64,000 bases of DNA from Bacteroidales bacterium (GCA_041652255.1 JBAZHT010000001.1:59881-123880); one strand, 5' to 3'; shown: positions 52,512-63,946, numbered from the stretch's first letter. The notes: generated from the letters alone by a model not told the origin. Numbers and translations: made by a program.

Positions 52512-52515
52512 GTAT

Positions 52516-55056
52516 TTAAAAAGTTTGTCCAATCATGAAATGGAAATTCGATCCGCCTTTCTTTCCGCTGAAATCGGTGTCGAACCCATACCCCCAGTCA
52601 ATCCCCAAAAGACCGATCATGGGTAAAAAGACCCGTACTCCTACCCCTGCAGCCCTTTTAATGGAGAATGGGTTGAAATCACGCATATCGCTCCAGCTAT
52701 TACCTCCCTCCAGGAAAACAAGTGCATAAATGGTTGACTGGGGCTGCAAAATAACGGGATATCGCAATTCCACCGTGAACCTGTCGTATACACGACCGGC
52801 ATAGGCATCGTTAATGGTAGGTGTCAGTGAATAATTAGAATAACCTCTCTGGGATATGATGTCGGCACCATAGGTGTTGTATCCGCTCATACCGTCACCT
52901 CCCAGCATAAACCCTTCAAAAGGAGAATAACCTAAATTTCGGCTGTAGTAACCAAGATATCCGAAGTTAGCCCTGGTCATTAATACCAGGTCTCCTATCA
53001 AACGTGTGTAAAGGCTGGCGTCAAAGGTCCATTTGTGGTATTCTATCCACCGGTACCTTTCGGCTTCTGTCATGGCTGAATAGTCCGTATTCTTATCCCT
53101 GAAAAGAGAATACGGTGGGGTTACCTGTAACCCGAATTTGAAGTCGGACCCCTGACGGGGATATATGATCTGGTCGGTAGAGTTTCGTTGTAACGTTATT
53201 GTATAATCTATAATATTGGATTGACCGTTGGTAAACATGAAATAATACCCCCAGTCTTGCAAATTGTAGCGCTTAATGTCCAGCTGGTTGTAAAAAATAA
53301 AATAATTATCGGGCCATTTTAGCCGGGTACCCAGTCCTATACCCAGTCCGTAAACCTCCATGAACTGATCATTGGTAAGGTAATAGTAGGTAGAGGCCGT
53401 TTGCCTGGTATAATAAATGCTGGAATTGAAAGAGGTCGGCTTTTTCCCGGTAAGCCAGGGTTCTACAAACGTCGCACTCAGGGCCATATAATAAGTTCCG
53501 TTGGTCTGGAATCTTAGCGATAACGTTTGTCCGTCTCCCAAGGGAACCGGCCTCCAGGCTTCTTTGTCAAACAACCGCTTAATTGAAAAGTTATTAAAAC
53601 TGATCCCTACGGTTCCAACGAATGTGTTACCGCCCCAACCACCGGCTATTTCAAACTGGCTGTCGGGTTTTTCAGTCACGTTGTATATGATATCCACGGT
53701 ATTGTTAACCTGGTTGGGAACGACATTGAATCCTGAGCCCATCTGCATGATGGCCTCCTGATCAAAGTGACCCATAGAGGCTATCTCACGGATGGACCGT
53801 TCCAGTTCTGTCTGACTGAACAGGTACCCGGGTCGTGTAAAGACCTGACGACGGATTATCTTTTCATTTGAAACATTATTCCCGCTAATAATGATCCTGT
53901 TGTACGTGGCCGGTTTCCCCTCGAAAATGCGCATTTCCACATCAACGGAATCCTTTACAATATTGACCTCAATTGGAACCACCCTGAAAAAGAGATACCC
54001 CTGATCCTTATATATCTGTGAAACATTGCCTTGCTGAGTTTTACCTCCTCCGAAAAGTCGTTCTTCCATGGTTACCACATCGTAGATATCGCCTTTTTCT
54101 ATACGCAGGACGGAATTCAGCACTTCACTTGAATATTGGGTGTTTCCGGTCCATGTGATATTTCGGAAATAATATTGTGTCCCTTCATCTATCACAATAT
54201 CTATCCCTAAACTTTTTTCGTCTATCTGATAAACAGAATCCCTTACAATACGGGCATCCCGATATCCCAATTCGTGGTATTTTTGCAATAAGAGCTGTTT
54301 GTCGTTGCGGAATTCTTTTTCGTTAAATTTTTTGCTGAAGAAGAAATTGTAAAGTCTTTTGTCTTTTGTTTTCTTCATGGCAAAGCGCTTTTTCAGCAAG
54401 GACAATTGATCTCCACCAATAAAATTGATCTCCCTGATGCGGACTTTATCTTTACGATCTACATGAAAAGTGACCTGGACCGCATTCTTAATGGTTGTGT
54501 CTTCTATATGTGTCGCTGTTACTTCTGCATTTAAAAAACCTTTTTCTACATAATATTCCTTGATCAGATCACTGGAAGATTTAATAACATAATCTGACAA
54601 TTCACTTCCCCTTCGGAGTCGCACCTTTTCTTCTATGTCAGTCTGTTCTCCCTTCTTAACCCCCACGTACTTCCACTGGGAAACGCGGGGACGTTCTAAA
54701 ATGTTAATGTTAATGTATGCCTTATCGTTTACAAGACTGTCCACATAGACCGCCACATCTGAAAAGAAACGCTGCATAAACAATCGTTTCACTATTGACT
54801 GCAATTCTTCTCCCGGAATTGTTATGGTATCCCCCAATGCAAGACCGGTCAGGGACAGGATCTGGTCCGCGTTCAGATAGTTCACCCCGGTTACGTTAAG
54901 TCCTGATATGACACATTCCCTGGGATTTGAGTAATCAATTACAACAGAACTCTGTTTTAAGGTGGTCGAATCCGCTACGGTCGTTTTTTCAGTAACCTGT
55001 CCCAGTAAAGGAACTACAGATAAAATATAAATCAAACAGAAAAACAGGGACTTCAT
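52516..55056 (-). CDS. bamA: outer membrane protein assembly factor BamA
   Basis: 846 aa. A signal peptide and a POTRA-repeat region are followed by a C-terminal beta-barrel ending in the aromatic residue ...MIGQTF. Confidence 0.93.
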   Translation of the reverse strand: MKSLFFCLIYILSVVPLLGQVTEKTTVADSTTLKQSSVVIDYSNPRECVISGLNVTGVNYLNADQILSLTGLALGDTITIPGEELQSIVKRLFMQRFFSDVAVYVDSLVNDKAYININILERPRVSQWKYVGVKKGEQTDIEEKVRLRRGSELSDYVIKSSSDLIKEYYVEKGFLNAEVTATHIEDTTIKNAVQVTFHVDRKDKVRIREINFIGGDQLSLLKKRFAMKKTKDKRLYNFFFSKKFNEKEFRNDKQLLLQKYHELGYRDARIVRDSVYQIDEKSLGIDIVIDEGTQYYFRNITWTGNTQYSSEVLNSVLRIEKGDIYDVVTMEERLFGGGKTQQGNVSQIYKDQGYLFFRVVPIEVNIVKDSVDVEMRIFEGKPATYNRIIISGNNVSNEKIIRRQVFTRPGYLFSQTELERSIREIASMGHFDQEAIMQMGSGFNVVPNQVNNTVDIIYNVTEKPDSQFEIAGGWGGNTFVGTVGISFNNFSIKRLFDKEAWRPVPLGDGQTLSLRFQTNGTYYMALSATFVEPWLTGKKPTSFNSSIYYTRQTASTYYYLTNDQFMEVYGLGIGLGTRLKWPDNYFIFYNQLDIKRYNLQDWGYYFMFTNGQSNIIDYTITLQRNSTDQIIYPRQGSDFKFGLQVTPPYSLFRDKNTDYSAMTEAERYRWIEYHKWTFDASLYTRLIGDLVLMTRANFGYLGYYSRNLGYSPFEGFMLGGDGMSGYNTYGADIISQRGYSNYSLTPTINDAYAGRVYDRFTVELRYPVILQPQSTIYALVFLEGGNSWSDMRDFNPFSIKRAAGVGVRVFLPMIGLLGIDWGYGFDTDFSGKKGGSNFHFMIGQTF

Positions 55057-55066
55057 TCAGGCAATA

Positions 55067-55789
55067 TTAGTATGATTCTTCAATCTTTCCAAACCGGCGT
55101 TTCCTGTTAAAATAAGCGTTCAAGGCTTTCTCGAAATCAGGTTTGCGAAAATCAGGCCAAAGTACGGGTGTAAAATATAATTCAGTGTAGGCCATCTGCC
55201 ACAGCATGAAATTGCTTATGCGCATCTCCCCACTAGTTCTTATCATAAGATCAGGATCCGGGATCCCTTCAGTAGACAAGTATCTGGAAAAATCCCCGGG
55301 AGTGATGACTGAGTTTTCAGATATGGACACTTCATTTTCAAGATAACGGTTAACTGCCTGGAGAATATCCCACTTGCCGCTGTAATTGACGGCCAGGATC
55401 AACGTCATGGCCGTGTTTTTTGAGGTCTGGTCCACACACTGGTCCATACGTTCCAGTACATCGGGTTTAAGATGGGCGCGGTCACCAATAAAAATGCAGC
55501 GAACATTGTTTTTCATCAGAGTGGGCGTTTCGTTGTGAATGGAATCCACCATCAGCGACATCAGAGCATCTGTTTCTCTTTTGGGACGGCCCCAGTTTTC
55601 TTCCGAAAAAACAAAAAGACTCAGGTAAGAAATACCTTTCTCTACGGCAAACTCCGTTGCTTCACGAACGGCATCCACTCCCTGGCGGTGTCCCAGGTTT
55701 CTTTCCAGGCCGCGGGATATAGCCCATCTTCCGTTCCCGTCCATAATTATGGATACATGACAGGGCATTTTTCCTGTTTCTTTAAGCAT
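55067..55789 (-). CDS. uppS: isoprenyl transferase (undecaprenyl-diphosphate synthase)
   Basis: It carries HVSIIMDGNGRWA and the C-terminal RRFG. The preferred start is ATG 55789, which is preceded by GGAGGTG and overlaps the nadK end by 8 nt. The ORF-track start at 55816 is a TTG. Confidence 0.92.
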   Translation of the reverse strand: MLKETGKMPCHVSIIMDGNGRWAISRGLERNLGHRQGVDAVREATEFAVEKGISYLSLFVFSEENWGRPKRETDALMSLMVDSIHNETPTLMKNNVRCIFIGDRAHLKPDVLERMDQCVDQTSKNTAMTLILAVNYSGKWDILQAVNRYLENEVSISENSVITPGDFSRYLSTEGIPDPDLMIRTSGEMRISNFMLWQMAYTELYFTPVLWPDFRKPDFEKALNAYFNRKRRFGKIEESY

Positions 55790-56591
55790 AATCTTCACCT
55801 CCGTTTCTTTTATCAAATCCCAACATCAATTTTTCCCTTAACGTGGTAATAAAATCATTCCCGGCAAAAGACAAGCTGGTAATGCTGAAAGAAGCTTTTT
55901 TCACAATAAATGCATAAGGCAGGTCAATATCTACGGATCGGTTGTCAAGGTGTAACTGGGCTTTGGAGCTCCGGCTTTTTACCTCAATTTCCAGTTGTGC
56001 ATCGTCTTTAAAAACTATTGGACGCACATTCAGGTTATGCGGGGCAATGGGAGATAGAATTAAAACTCCTGACTCGGGAAAGACAATAGGCCCTCCCACG
56101 CTTAACGAATAAGCCGTTGACCCTGTTGGCGTTGCAACAATAATTCCATCACCCCTGTAAGTAGATACATGTTTCCCGTCAATCTTGACATCTACCTCAA
56201 TCATGGCAGAACTATACCTTTGTATACATATTTCGTTAATGGCATACGGGTAGATCTTTTGTCTGAGGTCTGTCTGTTCAATCGCAAGAACAGTATGTAT
56301 GGTTTTACAGTACTGCTTCATTTGCACGGCATCAAACAGGTGTTCAATAAAATCGGGCCCGCACCCGGTAAGAAAACCGAGCCTTCCAAAATTGATACCC
56401 ACGATGGGAACCCCTGAATTTTTGACAATCTGAAGTGCTTCAAGGAATGTCCCGTCACCTCCTGCTGTAATCAACAGATCTGTATCCCCCGGCATAATAC
56501 GGTCCTTGGGAAGCATCTCAAAAGAAACATCTCCCCTGTCAGGGAGAAGCCAGTCCTTATTGATTTCCTGCCCGTAAAAAACGACCTTCAT
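55782..56591 (-). CDS. nadK: NAD kinase
   Basis: 269 aa from ATG 56591 (MKVVFYG...), with the GGDGT motif (TAGGDGTFLEA), NEI and TPTGSTAYSLS. Confidence 0.92.
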   Translation of the reverse strand: MKVVFYGQEINKDWLLPDRGDVSFEMLPKDRIMPGDTDLLITAGGDGTFLEALQIVKNSGVPIVGINFGRLGFLTGCGPDFIEHLFDAVQMKQYCKTIHTVLAIEQTDLRQKIYPYAINEICIQRYSSAMIEVDVKIDGKHVSTYRGDGIIVATPTGSTAYSLSVGGPIVFPESGVLILSPIAPHNLNVRPIVFKDDAQLEIEVKSRSSKAQLHLDNRSVDIDLPYAFIVKKASFSITSLSFAGNDFITTLREKLMLGFDKRNGGEDYA

Positions 56592-56615
56592 GTTTGTATT
56601 GCCGATAAGTTGGTG

Positions 56616-56623
56616 TACTTTTG
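56616..56623 (+). promoter_or_regulatory. -7 box TAcTTTTG for pdxJ
   Basis: Perfect match, 18 nt upstream of ATG 56642. Confidence 0.5.
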
Positions 56624-56626
56624 CAG

Positions 56627-56634
56627 CAAAGATA
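56627..56634 (-). promoter_or_regulatory. -7 box (TAtcTTTG on minus strand) for nadK-uppS-bamA-skp-skp-murI
   Basis: Plus-strand caaagata, 35 nt upstream of the nadK ATG. It lies to the right of the pdxJ box, giving a face-to-face arrangement. Confidence 0.5.
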
Positions 56635-56641
56635 ACCAATA

Positions 56642-57361
56642 ATGACAAATCTAAGTGTTAATGTCAACAAATTTGCCACCTTGCGAAATGCCAGAGGAGG
56701 CAATATGCCTGATGTCATAAAAGCCGTCAAAGATTGTGAAAGTTTCGGCGCTCAGGGCATTACCGTTCACCCCAGACCTGACGAACGTCACATACGATAC
56801 AGGGATGTTAGGGATATCAAACCCGTTATAACCACCGAGTTCAATATTGAAGGCAATCCCATCCCTTCTTTCATAGACCTTGTTCTTGAAGTCAAACCAG
56901 CTCAGGTCACATTGGTTCCCGATGCTCACGATGCAATCACCTCAAACGCGGGATGGGATACTGTCCGCCATCGGGATGCCCTGAAAGAATGGGTGAAGCT
57001 ATTCAAAGACGCGGGAATCAGGGTGTCTCTTTTTGTAGATCCAGACCCTGAAATGATAAAAGCAGCAGCCTATACCGGAGCGGACCGGGTGGAACTGTAT
57101 ACGGAATCTTACGCACATTTGTACGAACGTGACCGTGAAAAAGCCATACACCCCTATATTACAGCAGCACAAGCAGCTGCCCGTTATTCCCTGGGCCTGA
57201 ATGCGGGACACGACCTTAATCTTAGCAATGTCGCTTATTTTCAACGTAATATACCCGGGTTGCTGGAAGTCTCAATTGGCCATGCCCTTATATGCGAATC
57301 CATTTATTACGGTCTGGAAAATACGATTCAGATGTATTTAAAGCAACTCTCCGATTTTTAA
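56642..57361 (+). CDS. pdxJ: pyridoxine 5'-phosphate synthase
   Basis: 239 aa with [16 protein letters not shown] and the GHDLN and GHALI motifs. Confidence 0.95.
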   Translation: MTNLSVNVNKFATLRNARGGNMPDVIKAVKDCESFGAQGITVHPRPDERHIRYRDVRDIKPVITTEFNIEGNPIPSFIDLVLEVKPAQVTLVPDAHDAITSNAGWDTVRHRDALKEWVKLFKDAGIRVSLFVDPDPEMIKAAAYTGADRVELYTESYAHLYERDREKAIHPYITAAQAAARYSLGLNAGHDLNLSNVAYFQRNIPGLLEVSIGHALICESIYYGLENTIQMYLKQLSDF

Positions 57362-57362
57362 T

Positions 57363-57370
57363 TATATTTG
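57363..57370 (+). promoter_or_regulatory. -7 box TAtaTTTG upstream of the ompH-like gene and purC
   Basis: Perfect match. It begins 2 nt after the pdxJ stop and lies 23 nt upstream of ATG 57394. Confidence 0.45.
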
Positions 57371-57393
57371 CACGTTCTTATTTTTAATTAATC

Positions 57394-58002
57394 ATGAAGA
57401 AAACATCACTGATAATCACCATTTTACTGACACTTGCCATTGCGGCACTTTACATTTTACATTTTACGGGTATTGGAACCGGGAAACCCTCAGTCGTTGA
57501 ATCTGAAACCGGATTGAGTGAAGTACCTGCCGGCAACATTGTATACATTCGAATGGATTCCCTGTTAAACCAATATGATTTTTTTCTGGATCTGCAGACG
57601 GATTTGAATGCAAAAGCCCGCATAGTTGAGGACGATCTTACAAAAAAAGGACGTGCTTTTGAGAAAGACGTAACCAGTTTTCAGGAAAAGGTTCAAAAAG
57701 GCCTCATCACCAGGTATCAGGCTGAAACACAACAGAATCAGCTGGCTGCCCGTCAGCAGGAACTGGAGCAGTATGCACAGCAAAAACAAATGGAACTGTC
57801 CGAGGAAAACCAGGTTATGCTCAACCGGGTGCTGGATGCCCTCAAAACTTTTATGGCAGAATACCGTGTACTCAACAACTACGATCTGATCCTTACCACT
57901 GACGGAAGCAGCAATACCATCATTGATGGAACTATGTCACTGGATGTAACAAAAGATGTAGTGAAAGGGCTGAATCGCGAATACGCCAAAAGCCGCAAAT
58001 AG
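57394..58002 (+). CDS. OmpH/Skp-family protein with N-terminal membrane anchor
   Basis: 202 aa. A hydrophobic N-terminus is followed by a Q-rich coiled coil (QAETQQNQLAARQQELEQYAQQKQ). This is the third Skp-like paralogue in the window. Confidence 0.7.
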   Translation: MKKTSLIITILLTLAIAALYILHFTGIGTGKPSVVESETGLSEVPAGNIVYIRMDSLLNQYDFFLDLQTDLNAKARIVEDDLTKKGRAFEKDVTSFQEKVQKGLITRYQAETQQNQLAARQQELEQYAQQKQMELSEENQVMLNRVLDALKTFMAEYRVLNNYDLILTTDGSSNTIIDGTMSLDVTKDVVKGLNREYAKSRK

Positions 58003-58011
58003 GAAGCACCT

Positions 58012-58962
58012 ATGAATTCGGTCATCAGGACTCAATTTGATTTCCCGCGTCAAACAGGTGTTTATACAGGCAAGGTTCGCGATGTTTATACGATCGACAA
58101 CCGTATACTTGTTATGGTAGCAACGGACAGGATATCTGCATTTGACATTGTTTTTCCCAGGGGTATAACGTACAAAGGCCAGATATTGAACCGGATCGCT
58201 TCCGATTTTTTGGATCTTACCGCAGAGATTGTCCCCAATTGGAAGATTGCGTCTCCCCATCCCATGGTTACTGTCGGGTACCGTTGTGAACCGTTCCCTG
58301 TAGAAATGATTGTCAGATCCTATCTGACCGGCAGTTCCTGGAGAACCTACAAAAGCGGTCAGCGTACACTTTGCGGGATCACACTCCCTGAAGGAATGAA
58401 GGAACACCAGGCCTTTCCCCGACCTATTATAACTCCTACCACAAAAGCTGAAATTGGGGCTCATGACCAGGATATTTCCCCGGAAGAAATCATTGCCAGT
58501 GGTCTTGTAAGTGAAACAGACTACAAAAAGCTTGAAGAATATTCACTGGCACTATTTGAAAGAGGCCAAAAACTGGCAGCCGATAAAGGATTGATACTTG
58601 TTGATACCAAATATGAATTCGGGAAGCTCGGGGATACGATCTATCTTATTGACGAGATCCATACGCCCGATTCATCCCGGTATTTTTACGCGGATGATTA
58701 CCGGGAAAATTTTTCCATGGGACTTCCTCCCAGGCAACTTTCCAAAGAGTTTGTACGGGAATGGCTCATGGATAACGGATTCAGCGGACAACCCGGGCAG
58801 AAAATGCCTGTTCTTACCGACCATGTCATTGAGAATATATCCAATCGGTACATTGAATTATTCGAACATCTTACAGGCACGGCTTTTGTACCTTTGACAT
58901 ATGACGATGCATTTTACGAAACCATGGAAGGGTGCATCCGCAATATGATTGCCCGTTTATGA
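58012..58962 (+). CDS. purC: phosphoribosylaminoimidazole-succinocarboxamide (SAICAR) synthase, long form
   Basis: 316 aa with [16 protein letters not shown] and LVDTKYEFG. Confidence 0.93.
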   Translation: MNSVIRTQFDFPRQTGVYTGKVRDVYTIDNRILVMVATDRISAFDIVFPRGITYKGQILNRIASDFLDLTAEIVPNWKIASPHPMVTVGYRCEPFPVEMIVRSYLTGSSWRTYKSGQRTLCGITLPEGMKEHQAFPRPIITPTTKAEIGAHDQDISPEEIIASGLVSETDYKKLEEYSLALFERGQKLAADKGLILVDTKYEFGKLGDTIYLIDEIHTPDSSRYFYADDYRENFSMGLPPRQLSKEFVREWLMDNGFSGQPGQKMPVLTDHVIENISNRYIELFEHLTGTAFVPLTYDDAFYETMEGCIRNMIARL

Positions 58963-60326
58963 GAATCAGAAACATTTTCCTGGTCTTATTCCTGTTTTTC
59001 TTTATTACGTTGGGAGCTCAGGAACAGCATTATATCCGTCATAAAGTACGCTGGATGGAAACGTTGTATTCCATTGCCAGAAAATACAAAGTAGATGCGA
59101 AGGATATAGCCCTGCTCAATAACCTGAAAACAGGAGACATCACCAGGGGACAAATATTACTCATCCCCGATCCAGACAACGAAGAAAAGCAAGAGATTAC
59201 CGGCAACATTCAGGAAACCCTGCCGGATGTGGATCTTCCCGTTCCCGCAGAAAAGTCGGAACGTTCCTGTAATGATATCATATCTGCGGGTTCTTACAGA
59301 CCCGTTATATCCGTTTTACTTCCCTTTTCCGACACTATATCCGGCAGTGAATTCATTGAATTCTACCAAGGGGCCCTCCTGGCAGCGGAAGAAATGAAAG
59401 AAAGGGGCATGCCCCTGGTATTACAAGTATTCGACTGGTACAGGCAGCCTGTGGATGTTTTGCTTTCCGGTGAGACCCTGGGGAATAGTGATCTTATAAT
59501 CGGGCCGGTATACGCCAATGACATTGGCAGTACCATTTCTTATTTTCGCAACAGCGACGTAAAAATCGTTTCTCCACTGGACGGAAATGCAGAAATCTGG
59601 GTCAGTTCCTATCCCCATCTTTTCCAGGTACAACCGAGCTTAGAGGCCCAGCAGGAATCGTTGTTAAAATATTTGGATCCTCACAGTGCATCTGTTTGGA
59701 TCATTTCTGAAGAAGGAGAACAACACGTTGCTCCCGGATTGAGGTCAATACTTGATAACAACCTGATCATCTACCGACATTTTTCTTACGATGTCCTGCA
59801 AGGCAGAGAAGTCACGGAAGTTTTGCGTGAAGTACTTGGCGCAAACGAAAGGAACCAGATCATTATTGCCTCACAAAATGAAGCTTTTGTTTCCGATGCC
59901 GTACGCAATTTACATTTGTTGCATGCTTACGACAGCATACCCATTGAACTGTTCGGCCTGTCCCGCTGGCGGACTTTTGAAACACTAGACCTGACTGCCC
60001 TGCACCAGCTAAAGGTCATTTTGCCTCTCTCGGTTTACGCGGACTACTCGGCAAAGAAAGTGCAGGCGTTCATCAGGAATTTCCGGTTAATTTATGACGG
60101 CGAACCTTCCCAATACGCATTCCAGGGATACGATGTAATGTTGTATTTTTTGAACGCCATGTTCTTATACGGACCTGATTTTGAGTATTGTCTGGACAAT
60201 CTACAGATCCCTTTATTACAGAATCATTTTTCCTTTTACAGGCGATCTCCCGAAAGCGGTTATTCCAATACCGGAATTCGTATGATCCGTTACCTGCCTG
60301 ATTTTACGGTAGAACTTTTACCCTGA
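58959..60326 (+). CDS. secreted LysM-domain protein fused to a type-I periplasmic-binding-protein-like domain
   Basis: 455 aa from ATG 58959 (ATGA overlap with the purC stop). It has a signal peptide and a LysM motif ([29 protein letters not shown]...GQILLIP). The C-terminal part looks like a Leu/Ile/Val-binding-type fold, judged by eye only. Confidence 0.65.
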   Translation: MRIRNIFLVLFLFFFITLGAQEQHYIRHKVRWMETLYSIARKYKVDAKDIALLNNLKTGDITRGQILLIPDPDNEEKQEITGNIQETLPDVDLPVPAEKSERSCNDIISAGSYRPVISVLLPFSDTISGSEFIEFYQGALLAAEEMKERGMPLVLQVFDWYRQPVDVLLSGETLGNSDLIIGPVYANDIGSTISYFRNSDVKIVSPLDGNAEIWVSSYPHLFQVQPSLEAQQESLLKYLDPHSASVWIISEEGEQHVAPGLRSILDNNLIIYRHFSYDVLQGREVTEVLREVLGANERNQIIIASQNEAFVSDAVRNLHLLHAYDSIPIELFGLSRWRTFETLDLTALHQLKVILPLSVYADYSAKKVQAFIRNFRLIYDGEPSQYAFQGYDVMLYFLNAMFLYGPDFEYCLDNLQIPLLQNHFSFYRRSPESGYSNTGIRMIRYLPDFTVELLP

Positions 60327-61118
60327 TCACAGGTTATCCCTTTCAATATCCCTGAAATACCTGACCGTCTCTGTTTTGAGCTCTGCGGCAGCTGATTCAT
60401 CACATACGATAATGGCTTTGGGATGCATTTGCAGGGCGGTAACGGTCCACATATGTGATACAGATCCTTCAACGGCATGATGTAAAGCCCGGGCTTTTCC
60501 GTGTCCGTTAACAAGGATCAAAACCTCCCGGGCATCCATTATAGTTCCTATTCCTACGGTTAACGCCGTTTTGGGAACACGGGAAATGTCGTTTTCAAAA
60601 AAACGGGCGTTAGCCAGTAAAGTATCGGTAGTAAGCGTTTTGATGCGGGTTCTGGAGACCAGGGAAGAGCCCGGTTCGTTAAAGGCTATATGACCGTCAG
60701 GCCCCACTCCCCCCAGAAAAAGTTGAATACCGCCGGCTTTTATTATGGCTTCCTCATAGATTGCACATTGGGACATGGGATCCGAAGCATTACCATTTAA
60801 TATATGAATGTTGTCCGGATCGATATCAATATGGCGGAAGAAATTTTCCTGCATGAAATAATGGTATGACTGGGGATGATCTTCGGGAATACCCACGTAT
60901 TCATCCATATTGAATGTGATAACATTTTTGAACGAAACCATACCTTCCCGGTACATGGCAATCAGTTTTCTGTATGTACCAAGCGGAGAAGAACCGGTAG
61001 GAAGGCCCAAAACAAAAGGATCCCCGGAAGTGGGATTGTACGCCTTGATCTTATTGACAATATAATTGGCCGCCCAGGCAGAAAGACGGTCGTAATTATC
61101 CTGAATGATTACTCTCAT
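60327..61118 (-). CDS. nagB: glucosamine-6-phosphate deaminase
   Basis: 263 aa with [22 protein letters not shown] and [11 protein letters not shown]. Confidence 0.95.
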   Translation of the reverse strand: MRVIIQDNYDRLSAWAANYIVNKIKAYNPTSGDPFVLGLPTGSSPLGTYRKLIAMYREGMVSFKNVITFNMDEYVGIPEDHPQSYHYFMQENFFRHIDIDPDNIHILNGNASDPMSQCAIYEEAIIKAGGIQLFLGGVGPDGHIAFNEPGSSLVSRTRIKTLTTDTLLANARFFENDISRVPKTALTVGIGTIMDAREVLILVNGHGKARALHHAVEGSVSHMWTVTALQMHPKAIIVCDESAAAELKTETVRYFRDIERDNL

Positions 61119-61122
61119 GGTG

Positions 61123-62790
61123 TTAATTATTTAAGTGTAACAGGTCTTTTGCATTTTGCATAGCTGCAGGGGTGATACTCGATCCGCTCAACATCCTGGC
61201 CACTTCCTTTATGCGTTCCTCTCCTTCCAGGGGCCATACTTTTGTTTGGGTCACATCATTTTCGGAATCCTTGTGCACCAGGTAATGGGAATTCCCTTTT
61301 GCTGCGACCTGGGGCAAGTGTGTTATGGCCAATACCTGCATATAACCGGATAGTTCGTGGATCATTGTGCCCATACTATCTGCTATTTTTCCGGATACGC
61401 CCTGATCTACTTCGTCAAATATGATGGTACTCAACCCGGAATGTTGTGCTATCACCGTTTTAATACATAACATCAAACGTGACATTTCACCACCGGAGGC
61501 AATGCGGCTCAGTTCCCTGGGGGGAATATCCTTGTTGGCAGAAAACAGTATTTCCAGGACTGTATTGCCTGTTGGTCCGTATACCGGTTTTTCTTCAATA
61601 TTGAATTCTATCCGGGCATATGGGATCCCCAACAGGGCCAATCTTGTTCTGAGTTGTTCAGAAAATTTTTTTAAACAGGCCGTCCGTTCTTTATGCAAAC
61701 GAGAAGCCAGTGAATTTCTTTCCTGTGTCAGAGCATTGAGTTCTTTCTCCAACTCATGCAAACGGGAAAAGTCAGTATCTGCCTGCTGTAAATTTCTATC
61801 CAGAGAATCCTTTAATTCTATCAATTGATCTACTGTTTGAACGTTGTGTTTACGCTCCAGGGAATAGATCTTATCCAGCCGAAGGGTGACCGCATCCAGT
61901 CTGGAAGGATCATCCTGTACGGTATTTATTGTATTGGAACATTCCATGGCCAGATCTTTGAGCTCTATACGAACCTGTTCAAGCCGGGCGGCGGTTTCAG
62001 AAAAATCCGGATACCGTGTTGTAACGGCACCGGCCGATTTTTCTGCTTCTTTCATTCTTCCCAAAACGGGGAAATCCCCTTCTTCAAGTATAGAAGTAAT
62101 GACAAACAAATGCTGCCTGATCTCAGACGCATGTTCCAATAACTTCAACTCGTTTTCCAAAGACTCCTGTTCTCCTGATTCCAGTCGGGCTTCCTGCAAT
62201 TCCTGAAACTGAAAAGATATATAATCTACGTCTTTTTGTGTTTGTTCACAGGTATAACGTAAAGCCCTTGTCTGTTCGGTAAGGGCTGAGACCCTGCGAT
62301 AAGTCTTCAGGTATTCCAGGCTCAACGGACCCAGCCCGGCAAATGCGTCAACCGCTTTTACAGGATAATCATTGTCAGCCAGCAACAGGTTTTCGTGTTG
62401 GGAATGAATGTCTATCAGCAAATTGCCTAATTTTTTCAAAAAACCGAGATTCACCGGTTGATCATTCACAAAGGAACGGCTTTTTCCTCCCGGATAAATC
62501 ACCCGTCTTATGATGAGATCCGAAGAAAAATCCACCTGGTTTTCATTAAAATGACCTTCCAGATCCCTTTCTTCTTCCGGGATCCTGAAACAGGCTTCCA
62601 CCACAGCGTTCGCGTTCTGATCTCTGAGCACGCTTACATCCGCTCGCTGACCTAAGACAAGTGAAAGGGCACCCAATATAATAGATTTACCGGCTCCTGT
62701 TTCGCCGGTAAGGATCGTAAGGCCCTCGGAAAATTCAATATCAAGAATATTGATGAGGGCATAATTGGATATGCTCAGCGAATAAAGCAA
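61123..62790 (-). CDS. recN: DNA repair protein RecN
   Basis: 555 aa with Walker [10 protein letters not shown] at residues 29-37 (the same register as E. coli RecN), a coiled coil, the signature SGGE and Walker B IFDEVD. The start codon is TTG, 2 nt after the rpoZ stop. Confidence 0.93.
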   Translation of the reverse strand: MLYSLSISNYALINILDIEFSEGLTILTGETGAGKSIILGALSLVLGQRADVSVLRDQNANAVVEACFRIPEEERDLEGHFNENQVDFSSDLIIRRVIYPGGKSRSFVNDQPVNLGFLKKLGNLLIDIHSQHENLLLADNDYPVKAVDAFAGLGPLSLEYLKTYRRVSALTEQTRALRYTCEQTQKDVDYISFQFQELQEARLESGEQESLENELKLLEHASEIRQHLFVITSILEEGDFPVLGRMKEAEKSAGAVTTRYPDFSETAARLEQVRIELKDLAMECSNTINTVQDDPSRLDAVTLRLDKIYSLERKHNVQTVDQLIELKDSLDRNLQQADTDFSRLHELEKELNALTQERNSLASRLHKERTACLKKFSEQLRTRLALLGIPYARIEFNIEEKPVYGPTGNTVLEILFSANKDIPPRELSRIASGGEMSRLMLCIKTVIAQHSGLSTIIFDEVDQGVSGKIADSMGTMIHELSGYMQVLAITHLPQVAAKGNSHYLVHKDSENDVTQTKVWPLEGEERIKEVARMLSGSSITPAAMQNAKDLLHLNN

Positions 62791-62792
62791 TA

Positions 62793-63119
62793 TTAATCTT
62801 TGGGTTCTTCAACCACTTTATAATATGTCTCTCCGTCTTCAAACTCTTTTATGGCAATCAGCGTAGGTTTAGGCTGACGTTCATAATAACGTGAAATTTC
62901 AATTTGTTCACGATTTTCAAATGTTTCCTCCAATGTGTCGGCAAAATTCGAAAACTCTTCCAACCTGCTGTTCAGTTCTTTCTTAACTTCAGCAGATATC
63001 TGATTGGCACGCTGTGCAACAATCATTACAGTCTCATAAACGTTACCTGTCTTCTCCGACAATTTGGAAAGATCACGGGTAACTGTAGTATCGGGAACGG
63101 GCGTCTTTTTATTATCCAT
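62793..63119 (-). CDS. rpoZ: DNA-directed RNA polymerase subunit omega (Bacteroidota type)
   Basis: 108 aa with an omega-like core (NVYETVMIVAQRANQI). It has the conserved position between bamD and recN. Confidence 0.7.
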   Translation of the reverse strand: MDNKKTPVPDTTVTRDLSKLSEKTGNVYETVMIVAQRANQISAEVKKELNSRLEEFSNFADTLEETFENREQIEISRYYERQPKPTLIAIKEFEDGETYYKVVEEPKD

Positions 63120-63121
63120 AT

Positions 63122-63931
63122 TTATTCTTGATTATTATGTCTTGCTGTAAAATTTTGTGCTTTTCTGAACATGTTGTCTATTTCTTTCCGGTATTCTGAA
63201 TCGGGATACTCGCTGATAAAATTATAATATTCATCAATAACGTTAAGAAAACGTTCCCGTTGCATATCAGGAACACTGTTGTTTGCATATTGGTAATTTG
63301 CGGCAACTATATAATAGAGCACCTCTTCCCGGTAACGGCTTTCGGGATTGTTCTTAAGTGTTTCTTTCAACGCATGCGTGGCAGCTTTATAATCTTCAAT
63401 GGTGTAATAAAGTTTCGCCGACTCAAAAGCTTTTCGGTCCAGACGGTTATACAGGTCATCCAGCATATTACGGCAAACGTCTTCGTATTCGCTGCCGGGA
63501 TAATCATAGAGAAATTCTTCAATGGCAGCTATGGCCGTATGACTGGGCTGTTGATCCAACTCGTATCTGTATGTATTTTGGTACAGACAGTCCAGTCTCA
63601 GGTAACGGGCCGTTTTCGTAAAAGTGCTACGTGGAAAGATGTCTACAAATTGTTTAAAATTATCTTCGGCCGTAACAAAATCATTCAGGTGATAATTGCT
63701 CAGTCCCAGGTAAAACTGAAGTGTGTCATCCCTTGTAGTACCCCTGTATACCAATTTTAATTGTTCCAGTAACGGCTGCGACCTGGAATACCTTTTGGCT
63801 TCGAAATACTCAATGGCTTTGCGGAATTTCAGATCATAATCCGTGCTTCGCAGTAATGTCTCATACTGATTAACACAAGACATGGCTCCTGCAAGCAACA
63901 GAACCGTGACCAAAATGATGTGTTTTTTCAT
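63122..63931 (-). CDS. bamD: outer membrane protein assembly factor BamD (lipoprotein, TPR-like)
   Basis: 269 aa from ATG 63931 with the lipobox LLAGAMSC and a BamD/YfiO-like TPR pattern. The ORF-track start at 63949 lies inside the predicted -7 box and is rejected. Confidence 0.82.
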   Translation of the reverse strand: MKKHIILVTVLLLAGAMSCVNQYETLLRSTDYDLKFRKAIEYFEAKRYSRSQPLLEQLKLVYRGTTRDDTLQFYLGLSNYHLNDFVTAEDNFKQFVDIFPRSTFTKTARYLRLDCLYQNTYRYELDQQPSHTAIAAIEEFLYDYPGSEYEDVCRNMLDDLYNRLDRKAFESAKLYYTIEDYKAATHALKETLKNNPESRYREEVLYYIVAANYQYANNSVPDMQRERFLNVIDEYYNFISEYPDSEYRKEIDNMFRKAQNFTARHNNQE

Positions 63932-63946
63932 TAATAACATTTCATG

